From the NCBI GenBank assembly GCA_963837175.1, contig CAWIMJ010000041.1, positions 1 through 61,928 on the forward strand: DNA of 61,928 nt, in the 5' to 3' direction. The notes beneath the pieces are model-generated. The model saw nothing but the letters and a program-made list of their open reading frames with translations. It had not been told where the DNA came from and made no database searches. A program made the translations under genes and the position numbers. This DNA comes from an uncultured Nitrososphaeraceae archaeon (lineage in GTDB: Archaea; Thermoproteota; Nitrososphaeria; Nitrososphaerales; Nitrososphaeraceae). This document shows positions 53,473 to 61,928 of this stretch, one piece after another. The first letter of the stretch is position 1. The number at the start of each line of letters is the position of its first letter.

Positions 53473-54837
53473 TTGAGACAAACTGTTGTTGTAGCTATTG
53501 ATAACATTAATTACAAGGTAAATTATATAATTGCATTGAAAATCATCACTGATTGGAAGTATAAGAAACGAAGATTAACAGTATTATCTCCAATTGGATT
53601 ATCATCATCGTCTGTTATTATGCTTGCTATTGTTGTTGTAGTGATAATAGTACTGCCATCGACATCGGTATTATTATTACTACCATTATCTTATGCACAG
53701 CAGCATTCTGCGGCTGATGCCACAGACTCGGCTCATTGTATTAGCTATGACTCATCTAGTAATACAATTACAGTTACTTGTAGTTCGGCAAGTCTTACTG
53801 ACATTAACTATCAATTAAACGATGATACTATTTTAGATAAACAACAAATACAACAATCTGATGATGGAGTATGGTTATTAAATGCAGGTATTATAATAGC
53901 AGAAGATGCCACCTTCTATATTAATTCTACAGATACTAAATGGCTGAAGATAATGTCGGATGGAAATACTGCAAACAAAATAGGGGTATATGGTAGTTTA
54001 AAGATTGATTCCGTAAAGATAACTTCATGGAATTCAGAAATAAATGATTATGCTTTAACTGATGCAAAGGGAAAGATACCAAGACCATTTATATTAGTTG
54101 AAGATCAAGCAACAGGAACTACTGATATTACCAATTCAGAGCTTTCTTATCTTGGATACGCTGCTCAGCTAAAAGAGGATAATTATGCTCGCAGATCTGG
54201 CCTTGCTTACAATGGCGGTGATGGAAGTATAATCAGAGGCAGCAATATCCATCATAACATGTTTGGTTTCTATTCAAAAGGTGTAGCTAATATGATACTT
54301 GAAGACAATCAGGTCCACGATAACTATGCTTATGGTTTTGATCCTCATACTGGAACTCATGATATGATAATTAGAAACAACAGTGTTCATGACGAGGGAC
54401 ATATAGGTATAATCTGTTCGCTAGATTGTTATAACATTACAATTGAAGGTAATGAAGTATACAATAACACAGATGTAGGTATAATGTTTAGTAGAAATAT
54501 GTCTGGTTCAATTGCAAGAAATAACTATATACATGATGAAACGCAATGCATATTTGTTTCACAATCACATAACAATGAAGTCTATAATAATACAGTTTCA
54601 GATTGCGAAAATGGAATTTATTTAAGAGATGAGTCATTTAATAACAAAATATATGATAACAGCATTATAGATGCCACATCAAACGCTATACTTATTAATG
54701 CAGATGCACATGATAATACATTTACCTCTAATACAATACTCAATGCTACAAAATCTGGAATAAATGTTGAAGATTCAGGTTCTGTTAGTAATAGATTTAA
54801 AAACAACAAGCTAATTAATTCTAAAGTTGTAGAATAA
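53473..54837 (+). CDS. Secreted right-handed beta-helix protein, AlgG (mannuronan C5-epimerase)-like (start may be 53620)
   Basis: Hydrophobic signal ending SYAQ; PRPFI, LSYLGY, FGFYS, YGFDPH, IGIICS, GIMFSRN; PbH1-type repeats. Confidence 0.82.
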   Translation: MRQTVVVAIDNINYKVNYIIALKIITDWKYKKRRLTVLSPIGLSSSSVIMLAIVVVVIIVLPSTSVLLLLPLSYAQQHSAADATDSAHCISYDSSSNTITVTCSSASLTDINYQLNDDTILDKQQIQQSDDGVWLLNAGIIIAEDATFYINSTDTKWLKIMSDGNTANKIGVYGSLKIDSVKITSWNSEINDYALTDAKGKIPRPFILVEDQATGTTDITNSELSYLGYAAQLKEDNYARRSGLAYNGGDGSIIRGSNIHHNMFGFYSKGVANMILEDNQVHDNYAYGFDPHTGTHDMIIRNNSVHDEGHIGIICSLDCYNITIEGNEVYNNTDVGIMFSRNMSGSIARNNYIHDETQCIFVSQSHNNEVYNNTVSDCENGIYLRDESFNNKIYDNSIIDATSNAILINADAHDNTFTSNTILNATKSGINVEDSGSVSNRFKNNKLINSKVVE

Positions 54838-55238
54838 CAATAATAAGACGAATAATAAAAGAAGCCAATTTATTTTTATTATTTTTATTATTATTTGTCT
54901 TTACAGCTCGAAGTCAAGAGTTGAAATTAGTTATTATTCCCAGCACGTGTTTTATCACTTTTGCGGCTTCTCTTCTTGATGCAGCCGGCCATTATAGATT
55001 CAACTCTATTCTCTTATAATGCTTATCAGTCGGATATATAGACTGTACAATTATCATTCTGTGACGTATACTATTATATCTAGCATTTCTACACTTTTCC
55101 CCACAATATGAAATACAAGAGGGTTTTCTACACATTTTGACACAACGTCAGTAGACAGTGGAAAGCTGTATACCTAAATTTACCTGGTCAACATAAGAGT
55201 TTATAGCTTTCAATATGATATTTTACTTACAGTAGTAT

Positions 55239-55529
55239 ATGGATGCTGTAAATCATCAATATCAAAAGAACAATAATAATAACAAGAAACTGTCAAAGGT
55301 ACTCTCTACAAAACTATCAATAGATGATTATAATACATTTGTTATACTAACCAATATTGAATATGAAGCTAGATTGGTTAAAGAGGAGAGTACATCAGAA
55401 TTACTAAGATTTACAATACATCTTATACTAAACCAAGTTCATAATCAGGCTGAATATCTTAAACAAGAACAACAAAGGCAAGTTCAAAACAATCATCGGC
55501 AACAGGTTCATAATCAATTTATTTTATAG
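55239..55529 (+). CDS. Hypothetical protein, possible ribbon-helix-helix core with N/Q-rich ends
   Basis: KVLSTKLSIDDYN.F...STSELLRFTI pattern. Confidence 0.5.
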   Translation: MDAVNHQYQKNNNNNKKLSKVLSTKLSIDDYNTFVILTNIEYEARLVKEESTSELLRFTIHLILNQVHNQAEYLKQEQQRQVQNNHRQQVHNQFIL

Positions 55530-55935
55530 TTTAAGCGGTATCAAGTTATTATGAGAATATCTTAGATATAGAATTAACAGGGTTTCTTATTTTCATACTA
55601 TAAGACATTAACTATAGTCGATTGCTATCTAGTAAGATATAGTTAAGTTATCGAAACTATAACAAAGGAAGTCTATTTTGAAAGTCCAGCAGGAGATTAT
55701 GTAGCTCCAAATTGTGGTTTGAATGAACCGATTTATTCTGATATTATCCATGTATATATCAACTAATAACTATGAGTAAAGAAAGCGAGAGAGAAGCAAT
55801 TAAAGATGAAACCCATCAAGTACAACATCAAGAATAAGAAGAATTGGATGAGATACAAGAGGAAGAAGTTGAACGAAAAAAAGATACATTTAGCAACAAT
55901 GATAGAAGCAAGAAAAAGTTCTGATAGAAGAAGAA

Positions 55936-56207
55936 ATGAAGAAGAACTGCAATCATTTTGTTGATATAGCTAATAATAATGCTAAACAATCTATTTCACC
56001 TAAAACTTTTGGATGTCAAGAAGGTGTAAAAGGGAAAACTCAATGGGTCGGCTTGCGTCTCTCTTTAACGTGTGGTCATTTAGGCTGTGCGATTCTTCTG
56101 TATGAATGCATGTAACAAACCACTCTGTAAATACAGGACGTCCTGTTATGGTTGCATTACCTAACAAATCTTGAAATTGGTGCTATATCCATAAGGTATA
56201 TGGATAG
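55936..56207 (+). pseudogene. UBP-type zinc-finger protein pseudogene
   Basis: CNHF...PKTFGCQE..WVGLRLSLTCGHLGC/DSSV*MHVTNH..TGRPVMVALPNKS*NWCYIH; lost Cys residues, frameshift and stops. Confidence 0.8.
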
Positions 56208-56587
56208 ATGATGACAATGTATATTGTATTTATCTATCCATTAAATATTTCTATATCAGTATCAGCTATGTATTATTATTATACTAGGCAGGGTTATCTG
56301 GGCAGATTAAGGGCTAGTTTTAAAGCCAGTACACTCAGTGCCATTTCTAATGATATCCATATTTCACGAAAATTAACAACCAGGAGCTGCTATTCAGCTG
56401 ACAGACAGTACTCTAATTTATTGTGTAGAAAACTGTCAGCAACAAACAAGACTATTGAGATTTAAGCACACTCTAGTTAACTCCTGAGTTCTTTGAGAGA
56501 TGGTTTGAAGGTTCCTAACAACTTAGTTAGATAATGTTAATTATTTACTATTAATCACTAGATTAGATCTTATTATAGTGAACTAAT

Positions 56588-57403
56588 TTGTCTGTCTTAA
56601 TGATAATAATAATAGCTGCTTCAGTATTATCAATTGCTGTTCCTACCACTATTAGCATCATTATACATAATCAACAACAGGCATTTGCAATACAGGGAAA
56701 TACTAGAATGCCAACTACTTCTAATGCTGCTTGCGGACAAGTTGTCGAAGGATTTGTTGAGTTAAACTCGGACTTAAATTGTAGTGGAGATGGCTTGATT
56801 GTAGGGGCCAATGGTACAACCATAAGCTTGAACGATCACACTATAAGAGGTCCAGGTCCTGACAGTTCAAAGGTAGGTATATCAATAAATAACCAGAATG
56901 GTGTTAAAATTGGAGGTCCAGGAACAATAGAGCAATTCCACACAGGAATTTATGCGGCAGGTGTTGAAGATACCACAATAACATCATTGAGCCTTACAGG
57001 AAATAGCATTGGAGCATTTTCAACAGGAACAGGAGACTTAAAAGCAATACAAAATGATTTCACTAAAAACAGCATTGGAGTAGAATCGCATTCAAGTAAC
57101 GGTCTTCAGTTAACAAAGAATTCTGCAACTGGCAATCCAATGGCTGCTTTTACACTTAGTACCACGGATGATTCTCTGATATCGAAGAATGATGTGGGAG
57201 AGAGTGAAAATGGAATATTTGTTGATGCCCAGAGCAATGGTAATAGAATAGAATCTAATGATATCCATGAGAACAAGGTTGATTTGAACAACGCCAATGG
57301 TCTATCTACAGACATAAATCAAAACCGCTATTCTGATAACAGTTGTGAAACAAGCACTCCTAGTGGTCTATGTACAACTGTAACTGATGCTTTACGACCA
57401 TAA
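56588..57403 (+). CDS. Secreted right-handed beta-helix (NosD/PbH1-repeat) protein
   Basis: Signal ending QQAFA; CGQVV...LNSDLNCSGDGLIVG...LNDHTI.G; terminal NSCETS.PSGLC. Confidence 0.85.
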   Translation: MSVLMIIIIAASVLSIAVPTTISIIIHNQQQAFAIQGNTRMPTTSNAACGQVVEGFVELNSDLNCSGDGLIVGANGTTISLNDHTIRGPGPDSSKVGISINNQNGVKIGGPGTIEQFHTGIYAAGVEDTTITSLSLTGNSIGAFSTGTGDLKAIQNDFTKNSIGVESHSSNGLQLTKNSATGNPMAAFTLSTTDDSLISKNDVGESENGIFVDAQSNGNRIESNDIHENKVDLNNANGLSTDINQNRYSDNSCETSTPSGLCTTVTDALRP

Positions 57404-57764
57404 CAAAGCACAGGACAATCTATCATAGAGCAAAAGCAGAAAGGAGAGAAAAGGTAAAATTGAACAAAAGGAGAATCTCAACCACTACCTACTCGTGGAG
57501 ACAATAATGAAACACAACAACCTATCGGAATGTTCAATAGGACAATGAGTAAATATTGGATGTGACAATATAGTGGATCTATCATAAGGCATTAATCAGA
57601 AATAAATTATCATTAATTTACTGATGATAGATGAAATTTGTATGATGTCACTGCCTTGGATGTTATCTAATCTCTATTGCACAATGCAATTAGCGATAAT
57701 CTTATAAATTAGTCCTTTTGAAATATTGACGCATAATCGTCAGCATATTCTTAAAATACATAAT

Positions 57765-58218
57765 ATGTCGAAATTATTAGTTATTGGATTATCTATTTTA
57801 TATTGAAAACCGGAATATCGCTTGTTCCCAAATTACAGATTGGACTCCAAGATCAAGTGCAACACCACCATCACTACCATCTCCAGGATCTAATCCATCA
57901 TCAGCAACATCACCATTACTCGGAATTGCTGCAGCACGAGGAGCTACAGCCTCACTATCACCAACTATTCCACCAGTTTCAGATGCAGCAAGCGGCGGAG
58001 CAGTTAATCAAACAGAAGGTAGAGCAGATAAAAGTGCTCCGCTAGTGATACCTTAAAGCACCATGGAAAGGATTATGAGCCAGGTACAATATGTCATGAC
58101 CGCAATAGATAGCAACAATAAAGATTAGATTATGACGGCATTGAATAGTGGAGCTAAGGAATTAAAAAGTGCAGCAAATGCTTCAGGTATATCAATAGAA
58201 CCCACCACAATAGGTTGA
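57765..58218 (+). pseudogene. Interrupted gene for a secreted Pro/Ser/Thr-rich protein
   Basis: Signal-like MSKLLVIGLSIFIL, frameshift into SSATPPSLPSPG..., then a helical tail with two in-frame stops ending SGISIEPTTIG*. Confidence 0.55.
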
Positions 58219-59940
58219 ATAGTTAGAGGAGATGCAGCAGTTGCAAAATAATATTAATTCTGTGGTAGCATAATTATAAAAGAATGGGCATTATCACCAA
58301 GTGTCAATGGAGGTAACTAATAAATGAAGAACTAAACAAGGTTTCGATACCAAAGTTTTGTTCATAGGAGTAGGTATATTTGTTCTTGCAATCGTAATAC
58401 GGGCCTTTAGCCTTCCACAATCACCTATCTTCCGATGTACATATAAGGTTGGTCGTAACAACTCAAGTCTGACTAGAGATCGAATAACTGAATATTGTAA
58501 TAATGATCAAACTCTAAAGACAGAGAATGTAGAGGATGTGAAAACGCTGGGGTTTGTAAGCACTCTCATAATCATAGACTTGGTAATATCTAGAATTACT
58601 AGGATTTAGCTTATTGTAAGAAGAAGAACCATAAGAAGAGAAGGAACAAAAGCACGATCATTAGAATTGAGAATAGAAATGATGAGTAATAATAAAGCAG
58701 ACAACTGATTCACTTCTAGGAGGATACTGGGCTATTGCATAATTGTAGGACTAGCTGGCTCCACACTATCTTCATAAATTCGTGAATTCTCCTTTCTACC
58801 GCATGCCCTTGTATTTGCATCAATTACAGTATGGTATCTGTTAGGCAAGAAATTTAATAGGTGGAGAGAAAGAAGAGAGAGGCAAAGTTGAACAGGCCTT
58901 AATTTATTCCAATATCTAAAACGACAAATTCTATTTACCAAAGTTAAAAGATGAGTCGGAAGGTGTCTTAAAGACGAATGGCTACAATAGTAAGCCCAAA
59001 ACCAGCAACAACAACAGCTGAATCGATTCACTTCACATTCTGGGCAGTATATTTATCTTATTTATTCTAGCTAGTTGGTCTATCTATTGGTTACTCATCA
59101 TAAAGTTACAATGTTTTACTTTCTTTCTATCGGCCTCACAGTCTTCTGAGTAACATTCTCCTTGTCCCATACATCTTATCTATCCGTTTATACTTGCAGG
59201 GAGTTGATCAGCTGCACAATTATCTGATGACGATGAAGATTGATTTCCTTAATACTGCTGTGCATGTGCTGCTTAAGGTATTGTCGTTGTTAGTATCGAT
59301 ACACCCATAACGATGCTGCTGCTACCATTGCTATTACAAACTGTTGCGGAACTGTTCGCATCTGAATGATTAAACCATAATATATAGAAAGGTATACCAT
59401 CAATCCTATAGTAGAGAGGTCTGCTCTACTGTGTATAAGACAATTCTAAAGCATTAGCGCTGCAACGATTGATTTGTATATATACCATTTATTTCAACCT
59501 CTCTACTTACGATTTCTAGATTCTACATTCAACAGTCTGTCTGTTTCTTAAGAAATAGATTGTCCTAGCTTTCTTCCAAGTTCGCTATGGCGAAGGATAT
59601 GATTGCAATTAACACTCTATTGAAGATATTGTGTTTCAATATTATTTTCCGTTGCAGAAATCAGTATTATATTGTGACGATTATTGCTATTTTCAATATA
59701 ATTAAGCCTAAATTAGTCATTATTGTACTCTTTGCTGCATCATAATATTTTTAATAGGAAGGTATTATCTATACGCCTTCACTACTTTCATTGTCTTCAC
59801 TTTCTATGGGGCTTGTTTGGAAAATATGCCTATATTATCTTCAGCATTGCTACTACCAATACAAGCAATTAATCAATCAATTATATTTGAGATAAATGAA
59901 CCAACGCGTTGAGGGATGGGTCATCAACAGAAGCAGGTTT

Positions 59941-60051
59941 TCAACTTTGATCTTCCATAATAAAGGTCATAATGAATCCAATTAGAACACCTACAAAGAA
60001 GCCGCTGCCTAGAGTAGCTGCTGTTGGTCCGAAACTCTCAATATTGGGCAT
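59941..60051 (-). pseudogene. Truncated FUN14-domain membrane protein
   Basis: MPNIESFGPTAATLGSGFFVGVLIGF matches the FUN14 N-terminus; it stops after 36 aa. Confidence 0.55.
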
Positions 60052-60857
60052 AATTTTAGATGCTGCGCCTTCAGGATACTTATTTTCATTACATGATGAT
60101 TACTTTGATGTATCCTTACTATTGAGTCCTATATATGGTAACATTGACAGATAATAGCATCCAGAATATAGATTGAAAACTTAGCAAGATATCTTGAAAA
60201 TACAAGATCTTCTGTATCTATTTGCTTCCCTGGGGTGTTAATTAGTCTTTAGCATTTTATGTATTTTCTTTACCGCAAAAGCTATATCTTTTGCAGTAGA
60301 CTTTCATATCCAATACTCTTAAATTATTACCAACTATAATAATAAACAAAGAGACGATATTAACATAAATAAAAAGAGGGTACTACTGACTGTTAGAACT
60401 ACTAAAGCTTGTCTAATTTCATTACGTAATTTATGAAGAACTATACCATAACAGTAGCAGGAGAAGTTAAGATTAATTAAGCTAGCATACGGCACTGAAA
60501 ATTTGCTTTGATAATAATGAAATTCTCTAGGAAAACTGTTGATTAATTCAACAGATGTGTATTAATTTCTTAGGCGAACTTATCCTTCCTGATATGATAA
60601 TACTTATTTGATATTCGTCTCAATCAAAGTGTAGTTTATGAATAAATTTATCTGTATCGTCTTCATAAGTTTTGTGACTCCTGCTTGTTACTGTCTTGTT
60701 ACCAGCAACAGGGACATCGTGATAAGAGAAGACTGGGTTGTTGACAAGTGAATAAAGATGGTCTTTTCTTCCTGTCTAGACAACCTGTCAGAATGAATCT
60801 TTTTGTCCTTTACAGGTACAGTAACACATGAATGATATTCTTCTAAGATTATCTAAC

Positions 60858-61475
60858 CTAGAAATATAATTCCTTAATCAGCATCCTTACAGTAGTGAGA
60901 TCTAGATCCAGCTGATCTGCAATCACTTCTTCTTCAAAACCAGATTCATAAAGATTTCTCAGTGTTTCTTTTTTTTCTTTATTTATAATATTAGATGGTG
61001 GATGCAATGACAATTGATGTTCCATTGATTTAATATATTGCGATACCTTACTGGCAACATCTTCTGTACTAGCAGTACTTTCTGTAGAGAATGCCAATAT
61101 ATGCTCTTTTACAGGCATACTGAACAGTTTTACTTTATCATAGTTATATACAATATAACTTAAATTGCCTAATTCTGTTAAGAACCTCTCTCCCAAATAG
61201 ACGATATGAGCAGATTGAGATAAACTCAATTCAGCTTTGCTTGTCTTTAAGCGTTGACTAACTCCTTCTCTAATACCTCCTGCAAATAAATATCCTGATC
61301 TTTCTATTAACCCGGCAAATCTAATGTTAGGATCAAGGGATAGTATATTTTTTGCAAATTCTTCTGCTTTAATGTCTGCAAAGAAGCTTACTGCTTTATT
61401 AGAATCATAACTTACTTCTTTTAGAAGAGGTTTATCCAAATCATTAATTGCATCATGCTTATTTTCTTCTCTCAT
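60858..61475 (-). CDS. Roadblock/longin-like domain protein with C-terminal HTH
   Basis: ILSLDPNIRFAGLI..G...GG.REG...LGNLSY....YDKV; tail LYESGFEEEVIADQLDLDLTTV. Confidence 0.75.
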   Translation of the reverse strand: MREENKHDAINDLDKPLLKEVSYDSNKAVSFFADIKAEEFAKNILSLDPNIRFAGLIERSGYLFAGGIREGVSQRLKTSKAELSLSQSAHIVYLGERFLTELGNLSYIVYNYDKVKLFSMPVKEHILAFSTESTASTEDVASKVSQYIKSMEHQLSLHPPSNIINKEKKETLRNLYESGFEEEVIADQLDLDLTTVRMLIKELYF

Positions 61476-61531
61476 ATTCTACCACTTCTCTAGCTAGGAG
61501 ATCTTAATAATTGAACTATATATAATCCCTG

Positions 61532-61546
61532 ATTAACTAAGTTAAT
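61532..61546. promoter_or_regulatory. Palindromic candidate operator
   Basis: ATTAACT-A-AGTTAAT, about 57 bp upstream of the 61475 start, in a divergent intergenic region. Confidence 0.35.
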
Positions 61547-61718
61547 TGATGAAGGTTGCAGGCCATTTTAACAAGATTTTGAATCTTTTTCTGAATCTGC
61601 ATAAATAATTTTTAAAAATTTGATTGCTAACTCAATATATTCACTTTATGATATATTATATATAATATTTTGTATCTAAATGATAAAAGTAAAATATTAG
61701 CCTCACGTATAATTGGAT

Positions 61719-61928
61719 GTGTCAGTAAGGAAATATTCATCAAAAACATGGATGAACGTAGGAACAAAGCTTCGTATTATGGTTGCTTACGGTCTCACAG
61801 CAGGATTTGTGTCATCTCTTGCTATAAGTGGATTATTGTTGTTAGTGGAGAAATCAATTTCTCTTCCTGTTGGAACATTTTATTTGATGCTTTCATCTGC
61901 GTTTATCCACTCACAAGAGTATTCAACA
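61719..61928 (+). CDS. Membrane protein, 5' part (runs off window end)
   Basis: Open frame from GTG: ...AYGLTAGFVSSLAISGLLLLVEKSISLPVGTFY...; no stop before the end. Confidence 0.65.
   Translation, partial: MSVRKYSSKTWMNVGTKLRIMVAYGLTAGFVSSLAISGLLLLVEKSISLPVGTFYLMLSSAFIHSQEYST

Noticed and set aside
57803-58045. His/Gln-rich 80-aa ORF that looks like a metal-binding peptide
   Set aside because: Off-frame reading of CCA/TCA/GCA codons of the Pro/Ser/Ala-rich pseudogene
58732-59031. ORF with a CCCC run
   Set aside because: The Cys run is the reverse complement of a CAA/CAG repeat; no family pattern
59972-60154. 60-aa plus-strand ORF
   Set aside because: Antisense to the FUN14 remnant
1-61928. 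tRNA, rRNA, SRP RNA, CRISPR array or replication origin
   Set aside because: No GC-rich structured RNA-like segment, no regularly spaced repeats, and no cdc6/orc gene or ORB-like repeats seen by eye; tRNAscan-SE and Infernal would be needed to exclude small RNAs

Overview
AT-rich chromosomal window from an ammonia-oxidising archaeon (Thaumarchaeota, Nitrososphaeraceae-like). The assignment rests on 4-hydroxybutyryl-CoA dehydratase, Rps25e, Rps8e, Rpo6, gar1-tfb, a TFE-beta/C34 homologue, FttA, EndA and archaeal GAPDH. The first ~39 kb is mostly core genes, with one dead IS6-like element at 10.9-11.7 kb. The last ~22 kb is an accessory zone in decay: EgtD, a partly eroded ebo-like cluster, pyrD/pyrK, two secreted beta-helix proteins (one AlgG-like) and many pseudogenes (uppP, eboB/TatD, DUF1059, zf-UBP, FUN14). 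Seven otherwise intact genes each carry one frameshift, probably sequencing errors. The most interesting object is a stand-alone 601-aa tandem SDR (37185-38990). It resembles the C-terminal acyl-CoA-reducing half of Chloroflexus-type malonyl-CoA reductase and is a candidate for the malonyl-CoA reductase of the thaumarchaeal 3HP/4HB carbon-fixation cycle, which to my knowledge is still unassigned. I saw no tRNA, rRNA or CRISPR array. All family assignments come from motif recognition, not from database searches.
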